Assembly: GCA_964490765.1 (NCBI GenBank)
Contig: CAZBDV010000001.1
Span: 145,437-209,436 of the forward strand
Origin: an uncultured Candidatus Cloacimonadota bacterium
Lineage (GTDB): Bacteria > Cloacimonadota > Cloacimonadia > Cloacimonadales > JAJBBL01
Length of the DNA: 64,000 bases
Reading direction: 5' to 3'
The position numbers were made by a program, and so were the translations under genes. Shown piece by piece: positions 19,481 through 29,845 of the stretch. A model generated the notes under the pieces. It made no database searches and was not told the DNA's origin. It was given only the letters and a program-made list of their open reading frames with translations. Position 1 is the first letter of the stretch; each line of letters starts with the position of its first letter.

Positions 19481-21043
19481 ATGATGGCTAACAGGATACT
19501 GGCTAAGAATATCGGTTCTATGTCTCTGGCAGTTTTGATCAGCCGGTTTTTTGGTCTGGCTCGTGATATAATATTTGCCGGATTCTTTGGAGCGTCATAT
19601 GTTGCTGATGCCTTCCAGGTTGGCTATCAGATTCCCAATCTACTACGAAAGCTCTTTGGGGAGGGAGCTCTCTCAGCAGCATTTATTCCAATCTATAACG
19701 AATTGGAGCAAAAAAAGGGACGCAGTGAACAGATCAAATTTGCTCTGAATATTCTATCATTATTGACTCTTTTTCTTACGTTTTTAACGCTTCTCGGGAT
19801 CATTCTCGCTCCTCTTATTGCCAGGATCCTCGCTCCCGGATTTGACGAACAGAGCTATTCTCTAACTGTTAAGTTAACCAGGATTATGTTCCCTTATCTT
19901 TTCCTCATTGGTCTTTCCTCGACTCTGATCTCTATACTCAATTCTCATAATTACTTCTTCATACCTGGCCTTTCCTCTGCCCTGCTCAACATCGGTATGA
20001 TTCTCTTTCTTGGCACCTTTTATTTTCTCTTTCAGGGTAATCAGGAAGAGCAGGTAACCGTTCTTGCCTTCGGAGTTCTCTTTGGTGGAATTCTGCAAAC
20101 GATAGTTAATCTCCCATTATTGAAGAAGATCGGCTATCAGATCCATTTAAATTTTAATATGAAAGGACAGGGGCTACAGGATCTCTGGCGAAGGTTTATA
20201 CCCGGAGTAGTGGGACTGGCGATCAGAGAGGTGAATCTGGCAGTAGACATCATTCTCGCTTCTTTTTTGATCACCGGTAGTATAGCAGCCTTGCAATACG
20301 GCAACAGGTTAATGCAGTTACCACTCGGGATAATCGGCATCTCGGCAAGTTCTGCAGTTCTGCCGATGTTCTCACGCTATACTGCAGCCAGAGACTGGAA
20401 AAACCTGTCAGAGTCGCTCCGTTTCAGTACGGTTACTCTTGTATATTTAATGCTACCTGTCACTGTATTATTCGTAGTCCTGGGCAAGGATATTATCCGA
20501 CTGATCTTTATGCGTGGTGCGTTCGATATTTTTGCTCTCGATATGACTTATCGGGCTCTTCTCTTCTATTCACTAGGGCTTGTCTTCTACAGTCTGACGA
20601 GAACTGTAATTCCAATCTATTATGCCAATAAAGACACCAAAACTCCGGTTAAGATATCAGCAGGGATTGTTCTGCTCAACATTATACTTAATATAGTATT
20701 GATGCAATATTTACAGCATGCAGGCTTGGCTCTCGCCTCTTCCCTGTCCTCGCTGGTTCACTATGTAGTTCTAATGAATGTCTTGAAGAAAAAACTACCG
20801 GAAGTTAAGTTAAAAAGGCTTGGTCATAATGTGCTAAAAATAATCCTGATGAGCCTTATCCTCTTTCTTATTGTTTATTTCACTTCAAACCTGTTCAAGG
20901 TCGAGAACATACTTGATCTGATAATCAAGATCTCGGTATATCTTATTGGATGCTCGGTTATTTACTATCTGGGCACATATCTACTGAAAGTAGAATACAT
21001 ACATGGGATTAAGGAACTCTTATGGAGAAGATTTCGTCGTTGA
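19481..21043 (+). CDS. murJ: Lipid II flippase MurJ/MviN
   Basis: SRFFGLARDIIFAGFFGAS...AFQVGYQIPNLLRKLFGEGALSAAFIPIY. 520 aa, multi-TM. Confidence 0.85.
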   Translation: MMANRILAKNIGSMSLAVLISRFFGLARDIIFAGFFGASYVADAFQVGYQIPNLLRKLFGEGALSAAFIPIYNELEQKKGRSEQIKFALNILSLLTLFLTFLTLLGIILAPLIARILAPGFDEQSYSLTVKLTRIMFPYLFLIGLSSTLISILNSHNYFFIPGLSSALLNIGMILFLGTFYFLFQGNQEEQVTVLAFGVLFGGILQTIVNLPLLKKIGYQIHLNFNMKGQGLQDLWRRFIPGVVGLAIREVNLAVDIILASFLITGSIAALQYGNRLMQLPLGIIGISASSAVLPMFSRYTAARDWKNLSESLRFSTVTLVYLMLPVTVLFVVLGKDIIRLIFMRGAFDIFALDMTYRALLFYSLGLVFYSLTRTVIPIYYANKDTKTPVKISAGIVLLNIILNIVLMQYLQHAGLALASSLSSLVHYVVLMNVLKKKLPEVKLKRLGHNVLKIILMSLILFLIVYFTSNLFKVENILDLIIKISVYLIGCSVIYYLGTYLLKVEYIHGIKELLWRRFRR

Positions 21044-22872
21044 TAAGCAAAAAGATTAATTTGCTTCCTGATGCACCGGGAGTGTATCTAATGAAGAATC
21101 GGAAGGGTGAGGTGATCTATGTGGGGAAGGCTCTAGTCCTGAAGAACAGGGTACGATCCTACTTCATTGATAACCATAAAGAGGATGATCCCTATCAAGC
21201 GAAAACCGTCCAGATGATAAGCCAGATAGCCGATATCGACTATATCATTACCGATTCTGAGTCGGAAGCATTTCTTCTTGAAGCCAATCTGATCAAACAA
21301 TACAGGCCACGTTACAATGTTAATTTGAAGGATGATAAACAGTACCCCTTTATAAAGGTCACAATCCAGGAACCATTTCCGAGAATACTGGTCGACAGAG
21401 ATCTGGCAAAGGACGGTTCCAGGTATTTTGGTCCATACACCGAAGCGGCATCTATTCGAAAGATTTTACGCACAATAGAATGGCTGTTACCAGTCAGAAC
21501 CTGCAAAAGAAATATTCCTGCCGGGAAGCCGGCATATAAAAAACCGTGCCTTAACTATCAGCTTGGTAAATGTTCGGCACCCTGTATCGGGAAGATCAGT
21601 CAGGTAGATTACAGAAAACTCATAGATCATGTAATATCATTCCTCAACGGTAGAAGCAGGGATATTATCAACTCGATGCGCACAGAGATGCAGGAGAAAA
21701 GTAAGAAGCTGGAATTCGAAAAAGCAGCCTCTCTTCGGGACCAGATAGAGGCTTTTGAAAGAATACAGAAGACACAGACGATGTATTTCCTCGACGAAAA
21801 GAATCGTGATATCATAGCCCCCTATCAAGAAGAGAATCTCGCTGTTGTTACAGTGCTGAAGATACTTGGAGGAAGATTACTGAATACAGAGAACTACCGA
21901 TTGAACAATGTAGAGAAAGCTACAATCGGTGAAATATTAAGTGCTTTTGTTAATCAGTACTATGCCGAGAAACTGGATAATCTGCCAGGAATGATTCTTC
22001 TTTCAGTTGAACCGGAAGACTTCGATAGCCTGAATCGCTGGTTGGGAAACAGATTGCATATTCCCCGGAGAGGAGAGAACAGACATCTGATCTCCCTTGC
22101 CAGGAAGAATGCCTTTAATTTTCTGGAAACCATCAGGCTCAGTCATCTCAGAAAAGCCAGCAGAACCATCTTCCCTGTACAGGAATTGAAAGAGAAACTC
22201 GCTCTCCCGAAACTGCCGAGAAAGATTATCTGTGTTGATATATCGACCATTCAGGGGACTGATACTGTATCATCTCTGGTATATTTTGAGAACGGCAAAC
22301 CACTTAAGAGAGAATATCGGCACTTTCGAATTACCAGCGTTACAGGCCAGGACGATTATGCCGCAATGCGGGAGACCCTGACTCGTTACATGAAAAAAGT
22401 GAATGATGATAACAGGCCGGATCTAATAATCGTAGATGGTGGTAAGGGACAGATGAATGCTGCTCTCTCTATAATGAAAGCTTATCCGGAAATAGCTTTG
22501 ATTTCTCTGGCAAAAAGAATGGAAGAGGTTTATATTCCTGATGCGACAGAACCTCTTTTCCTGCCTCGTTCTTCTTCGGCTCTTAGATTATTGGTGAAGA
22601 TTCGTGATGAAGCACACCGGTTTGCGATCAGTTATCATCGGAAAAGAAGGACTTCCAGAACTATAAAGAGTGATCTGGATAGTATCACCGGAATAGGGAA
22701 AGAAAAGAGATTTCTTCTCCTGAAGCATTTCGGCTCGGTAGAAAATTTGAGAAAATCTTCGAGCGAAGAGTTGACTCAGGTTAAAGGCATTGGCCGAAAG
22801 ACGGCAGAATTGATTCTAAAAGAATTGAATTATATGAGTTCTTCCGAAAAAACTAACCGGAAGTCTGACTGA
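21022..22872 (+). CDS. uvrC: Excinuclease ABC subunit C
   Basis: GIY-YIG N-terminus (PGVYLMKNRKGEVIYVGKA...NRVRSYF). UVR domain. C-terminal HhH. Confidence 0.9.
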   Translation: MEKISSLISKKINLLPDAPGVYLMKNRKGEVIYVGKALVLKNRVRSYFIDNHKEDDPYQAKTVQMISQIADIDYIITDSESEAFLLEANLIKQYRPRYNVNLKDDKQYPFIKVTIQEPFPRILVDRDLAKDGSRYFGPYTEAASIRKILRTIEWLLPVRTCKRNIPAGKPAYKKPCLNYQLGKCSAPCIGKISQVDYRKLIDHVISFLNGRSRDIINSMRTEMQEKSKKLEFEKAASLRDQIEAFERIQKTQTMYFLDEKNRDIIAPYQEENLAVVTVLKILGGRLLNTENYRLNNVEKATIGEILSAFVNQYYAEKLDNLPGMILLSVEPEDFDSLNRWLGNRLHIPRRGENRHLISLARKNAFNFLETIRLSHLRKASRTIFPVQELKEKLALPKLPRKIICVDISTIQGTDTVSSLVYFENGKPLKREYRHFRITSVTGQDDYAAMRETLTRYMKKVNDDNRPDLIIVDGGKGQMNAALSIMKAYPEIALISLAKRMEEVYIPDATEPLFLPRSSSALRLLVKIRDEAHRFAISYHRKRRTSRTIKSDLDSITGIGKEKRFLLLKHFGSVENLRKSSSEELTQVKGIGRKTAELILKELNYMSSSEKTNRKSD

Positions 22873-22884
22873 TGAGCTCTGTTA

Positions 22885-23967
22885 TCAATCGTCATTCTGC
22901 GGGCTTGAGCTTAATCTGCTATCTGGTCGTTTTATGCGTTGTTTGTAGTGAGGAGAGTCACCCCATTCTCCATAGCCAATCTCTTCACCAATTGCTTTGA
23001 TTTTCTCTTCCAGTTTATCTCTTACCTGCTCAGCATTTTCATCAAGACTCGGTTTACCATTATACAACTGGTAACTGGAACGATACTTTACATCGGTTAT
23101 TACGGGCATGATGATATTGGCACCGGCTTTTAACCCCAGCTCGCGTCCAGAGGCATCTATTGCCTGTAATGCTGTAGTTGAGGCAATATTGACATCTCTC
23201 AGATATATGCGTGTAACAGCAATCATTTTAAGTGCTAATTCCAGATTCTTATGATGATCTATTGCCCCGGTGTAACGATTAAACGGTGTATCTTTGTGTA
23301 TGACATAAGGCCCCATTCCTATCATATCAACATCTAATTCATCCAGAAAGATGATATCATCTGCAAGGCTTTCTATTGTCTGCCCGGGTAAACCAATTAA
23401 AACACCCGTTCCTACCTGGTAACCAATATCCCTGAGCATCTTCAGACAGGCAAGTCTCTCCTCAAATGAATGATCTGCAGGATGACATTTACGGAACAGG
23501 CTTCCATCAGTTGTCTCAATTCTGAGAAGATAGCGATGAGCACCTGCTTTGAACCATTCAGAATATACTTCTCTACTCTGCTCCCCCAGTGAAAGAGTAA
23601 TACCCAGCTTCCCTGAGGTTTTAACCTTTATGGTTCTCAGGATTGTCGAGATCTTTTCAATAAAGTTGTGGTCTCTTCTCTCTCCGCACTGGATAACGAC
23701 AGACCCGTATCGCTGTCGATAAGCCCACAACGCAGAATCTACAGCTTCCTCGATACTCATCTCATATCGCTTTATATGATTATTATCACGCCTGATGCCA
23801 CAATAATAACAATTCCTGGAACAATAATTACTCAGTTCTATAATTCCTCGGAAAAAGACTCTATTCCCTACATAACGGAGTTTAGTGTCATATGCCCTGG
23901 TAAAAAGTTTCTTAAGGTCTTCTTCTCTCGCAGTATTCAATAGGGCTATCAACTCGTTTTTGGTCAA
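22885..23967 (-). CDS. hydE: [FeFe]-hydrogenase H-cluster radical SAM maturase HydE
   Basis: ELSNYCSRNCYYCGIRRDN (CX3CX2C). Collinear with HydE through ...GANIIMPVITDVKYRSSYQLYNGK. Confidence 0.75.
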   Translation of the reverse strand: MTKNELIALLNTAREEDLKKLFTRAYDTKLRYVGNRVFFRGIIELSNYCSRNCYYCGIRRDNNHIKRYEMSIEEAVDSALWAYRQRYGSVVIQCGERRDHNFIEKISTILRTIKVKTSGKLGITLSLGEQSREVYSEWFKAGAHRYLLRIETTDGSLFRKCHPADHSFEERLACLKMLRDIGYQVGTGVLIGLPGQTIESLADDIIFLDELDVDMIGMGPYVIHKDTPFNRYTGAIDHHKNLELALKMIAVTRIYLRDVNIASTTALQAIDASGRELGLKAGANIIMPVITDVKYRSSYQLYNGKPSLDENAEQVRDKLEEKIKAIGEEIGYGEWGDSPHYKQRIKRPDSRLSSSPQNDD

Positions 23968-24050
23968 TGTTACTACCTCAGAAATTATTGTTTCAATTCA
24001 TTAAACCAGAATATCACTGGATAGATAGGCACTTTCAGAATGCATTATCA

Positions 24051-25157
24051 CTAATTATAAGAAGAGGTGTTGAGATTTTCAATTACACCACCACCAAGAA
24101 CAATATCTCCATCATAAAAAGCTACTATCTGACCCGGGGTAATTGATAATTGTGGTTCGGCGAAGCTGACTTTATAATGATGATTCTCAAGATGAGTGAT
24201 TGAACATCTGGCAGCTCTATGCTGTAATCTGATCTGTGCCTGCAGTTTAAAGGTTCCTTCTCTCGCTTTTCCATCAGCCCAAATTACATCAGATGCAATC
24301 AATTCACGGCTGTATAAGCCACTCTTCTCACCTGCAATGATCCTGTTATTTTTTGTATCTATTTCCAGAACATAATACGGTTCGGACAATCCAGAGAGAT
24401 TCAGGCCCCTACGTTGTCCAACTGTGTAATAAATAATGCCCTGATGCTGGCCGATTTTTCTCCCCTTTTTATCGACAATATCACCCGGTTCTACACCTCT
24501 CCTGCCAAAGATAAAACCATAATCATCAGTCTCAATAAAATCCTGGCTTTCCCTGCGGTATACCAGATAATCAAAACCTGAATCCCGGGCTAATTTTCTG
24601 ATCTCTTCTTTTTGGTATCCTCCTAGTGGTAAAAGCGTTTCAGACAATTGCTGCTCGCTTAACCGGCAAAGAAAGTAAGATTGATCTTTATTCTTATCAA
24701 CCCCTCTTGCGATGTTAAATCCACTATCTTTCTTCTCTATTCGGGCATAATGACCGGTAGCGAAGTAGTCAAAATCGTATCCCAGTTCTCTTGCTTTCAT
24801 TGGAAGTAAGCCGAACTTGATCTCCCGGTTACAAATAACACAGGGATTCGGGGTTCGGCCAGATAGATAAACTTTACGGAAGTATTCGAGAACAGTATTA
24901 TGAAACTCACATTTTAAATCGATCACAATGTGCGGAATCTCTAACCTACGACATATCTCAGCAGCAGACGATATGTCTTCTACTTCTCCCGGTCCAAAAC
25001 AACCGCTCCTTATTGCTTCCTGAGAAGAGTAATTCTCATCCCAGGTAGACATCGTGACACCGGTTAATCGATAACCTGCCATTTTAAGTAGATAGGCAGT
25101 CATGGCAGAATCTATTCCGCCACTCAAGCCCACAATTACACGATCTCTTGTACTCAT
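24051..25157 (-). CDS. mnmA: tRNA 2-thiouridine(34) synthase
   Basis: PP-loop VIVGLSGGIDSAM. Conserved catalytic Cys region NPCVICN. 368 aa. Confidence 0.9.
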   Translation of the reverse strand: MSTRDRVIVGLSGGIDSAMTAYLLKMAGYRLTGVTMSTWDENYSSQEAIRSGCFGPGEVEDISSAAEICRRLEIPHIVIDLKCEFHNTVLEYFRKVYLSGRTPNPCVICNREIKFGLLPMKARELGYDFDYFATGHYARIEKKDSGFNIARGVDKNKDQSYFLCRLSEQQLSETLLPLGGYQKEEIRKLARDSGFDYLVYRRESQDFIETDDYGFIFGRRGVEPGDIVDKKGRKIGQHQGIIYYTVGQRRGLNLSGLSEPYYVLEIDTKNNRIIAGEKSGLYSRELIASDVIWADGKAREGTFKLQAQIRLQHRAARCSITHLENHHYKVSFAEPQLSITPGQIVAFYDGDIVLGGGVIENLNTSSYN

Positions 25158-25206
25158 GATCTAATACAATTTATCATCTCGGGGAAGAAAGAGGTGTCAT
25201 TGATAT

Positions 25207-26166
25207 TTATCCCCTGTAAAAGAGATATATCAGATAAACGAGATATACTAAGAGAAACAATATACCATTCTTCCGATCTATGGCATTCCTGACACCGGTT
25301 GCCATCGAAAGGATGATCAGAGTACTGGAGAAAATTATAATCATAATATCAATATTATTGATAGCGCAGAATGGGAGTGGTTTTATCAAAGAACTGACAG
25401 CTAACACCCAGAGTAGGTTAAAGATATTCGAGCCAATAACATTTCCTATGGCGATATCGATATTCTTCTTTCTCGCAGCAATAACGGATGTCACAAGTTC
25501 CGGCATAGAAGTACCAATAGCTACTATTGTCAATCCAACAAACCCTTCGCTGAGATTGAGAATCAGTGAGATGTAAACCGCACCATCTACGATCCATTTT
25601 CCTCCTAAAAAGAGCCCGATTATTCCAAATACTATCAGTATAACTGATCTTTTGATACTCATCACTCTGGTCTCTTTCTCATAGATCTCTTCCTGAAATT
25701 CTTTAGATGTTTTAACAATATAAACCAGATAGAGAGCGAAGAAGAAGATCAGTATCAAACCATCCCAGCGACTAAGCAGGAGCGAAGATTCGTTCATAAA
25801 CAGGGCTGCATTGGCCAGAAAGCCAACCAGAAGGGCTGCAATAAGGGTGAATGGTAATTCAGAGACTATCGTTTTCTTTTTTAGTGGTAAAGGACAAATA
25901 ACGGCTGTAACACCAAGGATTAGTAAAATATTGGCTATATTGCTTCCGAAGACATTACCGATAGCAAGATCTGCAACTCCTCTAAGACTGGCCGAGAGAT
26001 TGACCACCAGCTCAGGCAGCGAGGTACCAAAAGCCACTACAGTCAACCCTATTGCCATGTTTGATATCCGCAGATGCCTGGCAATAAAAAAGGAACCGTC
26101 AACAAGCCAATCAGCCCCTTTAACCAGAAACAAGAAACCGACTATAAATAAGATAATCTCTAACAT
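25207..26166 (-). CDS. Ca2+/Na+ antiporter, CaCA (YrbG-like) family
   Basis: Two alpha-repeats, GTSLPELVVN and GTSMPELVTS. 319 aa, multi-TM. Confidence 0.85.
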   Translation of the reverse strand: MLEIILFIVGFLFLVKGADWLVDGSFFIARHLRISNMAIGLTVVAFGTSLPELVVNLSASLRGVADLAIGNVFGSNIANILLILGVTAVICPLPLKKKTIVSELPFTLIAALLVGFLANAALFMNESSLLLSRWDGLILIFFFALYLVYIVKTSKEFQEEIYEKETRVMSIKRSVILIVFGIIGLFLGGKWIVDGAVYISLILNLSEGFVGLTIVAIGTSMPELVTSVIAARKKNIDIAIGNVIGSNIFNLLWVLAVSSLIKPLPFCAINNIDIMIIIFSSTLIILSMATGVRNAIDRKNGILFLLVYLVYLIYLFYRG

Positions 26167-26430
26167 ATCTATCCTGCTTTTTTATATCTTACTTTATTAA
26201 CGATATCGAGGGGGATTTCTGTCAAATGAAATGTGTTCTGTACGCTCCAGAGTAATTTATTCTGCCTGATAATGAAAGCAATTATCATAAGCCGGTTTTC
26301 AACAAGTTGCAGAACTACAAACTGAAATGAGTATGGTGAAAAAATGAGACTTTGATTACCAATCCAAAAAATCATTGACGTCATGCATTCACTTTTTAGT
26401 TTGCCTATATTGAAGTATAGGAGGTTGTGG

Positions 26431-27729
26431 ATGCGATATAGCATATATTTTGTCCTACTTCTAACATTGCTATTATACGGATGTGGTCCCCGTGAAAGGG
26501 CTGCTCAACTGGAATTCTGGCATGCTCTTGGAGGTCCATTAGGTGATGCCCTGAATGAATTGATAGCAGAATTCAACCAACAGCATCCTGATATTTATAT
26601 ACACGCAATTTCCATGGGCAATTATACCGCTTTATCACAGAAACTGATGGCATCAATTCAAGCAGGTACTCAACCCGATCTGGCGCAGGTATTTGAATCC
26701 TGGACTGCCGGTCTGGTAGCAGGAGGCGTTCTGGTTCCCTTTGATGATTTGATAGCTCAGGATGAAAACTTCGGAGAGGAAGATTTTGCAGATATATACC
26801 CGGTTTTTATCGATAGCAGTATTATAGACGGCAAGATATGGTCTTTCCCCTTCAATAAGAGTGTCCGGATACTATATTACAACAAAGATATATTCTTTCG
26901 TTTAGGACTCGATCCCGACAGTCCACCAAAAACCTGGAAAGAGTTCCGGGAAATCTGTCGTCTCGCTACAATTGATATGACTGGTAACGGCGTTCCGGAC
27001 CAATATGGAACGACCTTTGCCACCAGCGTATGGATGTTTGAGAACCTCCTGCTCCAGGCGGGTGGAGAGATGATGACTCCTGATTATAGCAGAGCACGCT
27101 TCAATGAAGAACCTGGTGTTATAGCGCTTGAGCATCTTAATACACTTCTGAATGAAGATCAAACAGCCTATTTGTCAGCAGGTTTCGAATGGCAAAATGA
27201 TCTGCTGGCAAGTAAAGTGGCTATGGTAGAAGGTTCCAGTGTTTCAGCGGTCTATATGCAACAGGCAGGAATCGACTTCTTTTTAGGGATGGCCGCTCTT
27301 CCTGTTAGAGATACAAAAAGAAATGTGATCAGTGGAACGAATATCTGTATATTCGATACAGAAGATGAAGTAAGACACCGTGCTGCCTGGGAATTCGTCA
27401 AGTGGTTTACCGATACAAAACAGACAGCGCGTTGGTCATATCTGACCTCTTATATGCCTGTACGTAGGAGTGCTTTTGAAGAACCCCAACTTAGCAACAG
27501 GCTGAGACTCAATCCGGAAATGGCTGACGTATACGATCAGCTCAGTCATGCCACCTTTGAGCCACCAATACAGGAGTGGTTTGAAATACGACGTTATCTG
27601 GAAGAACAGGTTCTGGAAAGGGTATTGAGACAGAGAATAGGGGCTCAAGAAGCACTTGATAATGCTGCGCGGCGATTGAATCAGATGCTGGACACAGAAG
27701 ACCTCGACACCCCTTTTCAGATTGATTAG
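26431..27729 (+). CDS. ABC transporter extracellular solute-binding lipoprotein (family 1, sugar-type)
   Basis: Start chosen at the ATG 6 nt after AGGAGG. Lipobox LLLYGC. Family-1 SBP-like sequence throughout. No permease or ATPase genes adjacent. Confidence 0.7.
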   Translation: MRYSIYFVLLLTLLLYGCGPRERAAQLEFWHALGGPLGDALNELIAEFNQQHPDIYIHAISMGNYTALSQKLMASIQAGTQPDLAQVFESWTAGLVAGGVLVPFDDLIAQDENFGEEDFADIYPVFIDSSIIDGKIWSFPFNKSVRILYYNKDIFFRLGLDPDSPPKTWKEFREICRLATIDMTGNGVPDQYGTTFATSVWMFENLLLQAGGEMMTPDYSRARFNEEPGVIALEHLNTLLNEDQTAYLSAGFEWQNDLLASKVAMVEGSSVSAVYMQQAGIDFFLGMAALPVRDTKRNVISGTNICIFDTEDEVRHRAAWEFVKWFTDTKQTARWSYLTSYMPVRRSAFEEPQLSNRLRLNPEMADVYDQLSHATFEPPIQEWFEIRRYLEEQVLERVLRQRIGAQEALDNAARRLNQMLDTEDLDTPFQID

Positions 27730-27734
27730 ACGTA

Positions 27735-27764
27735 TTGACCAGCTGATGAGATTGATTATATAAT
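27735..27764 (+). promoter_or_regulatory. Sigma70-like promoter for thrS (TTGACC-N18-TATAAT)
   Basis: TTGACC at 27735-27740. TATAAT at 27759-27764. Confidence 0.5.
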
Positions 27765-27815
27765 GGGATGAATTGACTGATAAACAAAATTGATAAGAGA
27801 CAAGAGGATATGTTC

Positions 27816-29726
27816 ATGAAGATTAAGATAACTTTCCCTAATGGGATGACAAAAGAATATCCCAGCGGGACTACCCCCGAAGAATTAGCAAAGGAATTCG
27901 ATAAGGATATCGCTATCAGGCTTTTGGCTGCTGAATTCAATGAGAAAATGATCGATTCTAATAAAGGTATCGAAGAGAGTGGTGAGATCGCCTTCCACAC
28001 CTTTGACACACCACAGGGCAAGAATATCTACTGGCATAGTACTGCTCACGTTATGGCCCATGCAGTGAAGGATCTTTTCCCCGATGTTAAGGTCACCATT
28101 GGTCCGGCTATCGAAGAAGGTTTCTACTACGATTTTGACAAAGGAAGCCCCTTCACTGATGAAGATCTCAGCAGAATAGAAGAGAGAATAGAAGAATTGA
28201 TCAAAAAGAGGCTCCCATTCAAACGTGAAGTAGTGACCAAAAGACAGGCTTCGAGCAGATTCAGAAAGATGGAAGAGTCTTACAAGGTAGAGATTCTCAA
28301 AGAGTTACCTCCTAATGAAGATATCTCACTTTATACACTGGGAGACTTTGTTGATCTCTGCCGTGGTCCGCATCTACCCCATACCGGGAAGATAAAGGCA
28401 GTTAAACTGCTGAAGACTTCAGGAGCTTACTGGCGTGGTGATGAGAGAAACAAGATGCTGGCGCGTATCTACGGTATTAGCTTCCCTTCAAAAAAGGAGT
28501 TAAAAGAATACCTCCATGATCTGGAAGAGAGAAAAAAGAGAGACCATCGTAAACTGGGAAAAGAACTCGATCTCTTCTCTATCAGTGACGAGATCGGACC
28601 AGGGCTAGTTCTCTGGCATCCAAATGGTGCCATGATACGTTCTCTGATCGAGGATTACTGGAAGCAGCAACATTTCGAAGCAGGTTACCAGATTGTTAAT
28701 TCGCCTCATATCGGTAAGGCTGAGTTGTGGGAAACAAGTGGACATCTTGGTTTCTATAATGAGAGTATGTTCGCCCCCATAGAGGTTGAGGGGCATCAAT
28801 ATTATCTTAAACCGATGAATTGCCCGTTTCATATCACAATATATAAGACAGATAAACGCAGTTACAGAGAACTACCTATTCGCTATGCTGAAATGGGCAC
28901 TGTATATCGTTATGAACGTTCAGGGGTACTGCACGGATTGATGAGAGTCAGAGGATTTACTCAGGACGATGCACATATAATCTGTACACCTGAACAGCTT
29001 GATGATGAGATCGATAAGTTAATCACTTTCTCACTGAATATGCTTCGTAAGTTCGGGTTTCAGGATTTTGAGATCTTTCTCGCTACAAAACCAGAGAAGT
29101 TTGTCGGAAATGAGAAGAAATGGATACAAGCTGCTGAATCATTAAAGAAAGGTCTGGAAAACCAGAATCTCACTTACGAAATAGATGAGGGAGGCGGTGC
29201 TTTTTACGGACCGAAGATTGATATCAAGATAAGAGATGCTCTGAACCGTTCCTGGCAATGTACTACGATTCAATTCGATTTTAACCTGCCAGAGAGATTC
29301 AATATGGAATATGTTGGTGCAGATAATAAGCCACACCGTCCATATATGGTCCACAGGGCTCTTTTAGGCTCTATGGAAAGATTTTTTGGTACTCTTATAG
29401 AATATCATGCTGGAAATTTCCCATTCTGGCTGGCACCGGTACAGATTTCCATTGTTCCGGTCTCCGAGGTTTATGAAAGATATGCTACCCGGATCGGTGA
29501 AAAATTTATAAGACAGGGATTCAGAGCTAAAGTCGATGCCAGAAATGAAAAGGTCGGTTATAAGATAAGAGAAGCAGAAGTAAAGAAGATCCCCTTCATG
29601 GTCATTATCGGCCAGAGAGAAGAGGATAACAACACTCTTTCACTTCGTAAACACCGACAGGGAGATATAGGCAGCTACACCTTTGATGAAGCAGTTACCG
29701 AACTCCGTAATGAATTGACCATATAG
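27816..29726 (+). CDS. thrS: Threonine--tRNA ligase
   Basis: TGS N-terminus MKIKITFPNG. Class II motifs. The ATG at 27816 has better SD spacing than 27810. Confidence 0.9.
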   Translation: MKIKITFPNGMTKEYPSGTTPEELAKEFDKDIAIRLLAAEFNEKMIDSNKGIEESGEIAFHTFDTPQGKNIYWHSTAHVMAHAVKDLFPDVKVTIGPAIEEGFYYDFDKGSPFTDEDLSRIEERIEELIKKRLPFKREVVTKRQASSRFRKMEESYKVEILKELPPNEDISLYTLGDFVDLCRGPHLPHTGKIKAVKLLKTSGAYWRGDERNKMLARIYGISFPSKKELKEYLHDLEERKKRDHRKLGKELDLFSISDEIGPGLVLWHPNGAMIRSLIEDYWKQQHFEAGYQIVNSPHIGKAELWETSGHLGFYNESMFAPIEVEGHQYYLKPMNCPFHITIYKTDKRSYRELPIRYAEMGTVYRYERSGVLHGLMRVRGFTQDDAHIICTPEQLDDEIDKLITFSLNMLRKFGFQDFEIFLATKPEKFVGNEKKWIQAAESLKKGLENQNLTYEIDEGGGAFYGPKIDIKIRDALNRSWQCTTIQFDFNLPERFNMEYVGADNKPHRPYMVHRALLGSMERFFGTLIEYHAGNFPFWLAPVQISIVPVSEVYERYATRIGEKFIRQGFRAKVDARNEKVGYKIREAEVKKIPFMVIIGQREEDNNTLSLRKHRQGDIGSYTFDEAVTELRNELTI

Positions 29727-29845
29727 TAATGATATAATGATGAGACGGTTGAAGATAGAGTATAAGAAAGCTTATTTCGAAGTTACTTTAGCATTGGAGT
29801 TCTTAAACGGTTAATGTTAGCTAAGATATGTAAAGGTATTAACTA

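Noticed and set aside
26376-26383. Perfect TGACGTCA palindrome upstream of the SBP gene
   Set aside because: About one 8-bp palindrome is expected by chance in 64 kb. There is no second half-site or partner regulator nearby.
26169-26444. 91-aa minus-strand ORF in the yrbG/SBP intergenic region
   Set aside because: It spans the divergent promoter region and the start of the SBP gene. It has no SD and an odd composition.
26431-27729. Orphan ABC solute-binding protein as a novel system
   Set aside because: Stand-alone SBP genes are common. There is nothing unusual in the sequence beyond the missing permease neighbours.
27730-27815. Possible T-box or other leader upstream of thrS; four ATTGA repeats
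   Set aside because: Only about 85 nt is available, too short for a T-box. The ATTGA repeats overlap an ordinary TTGACC/TATAAT promoter in AT-rich DNA.
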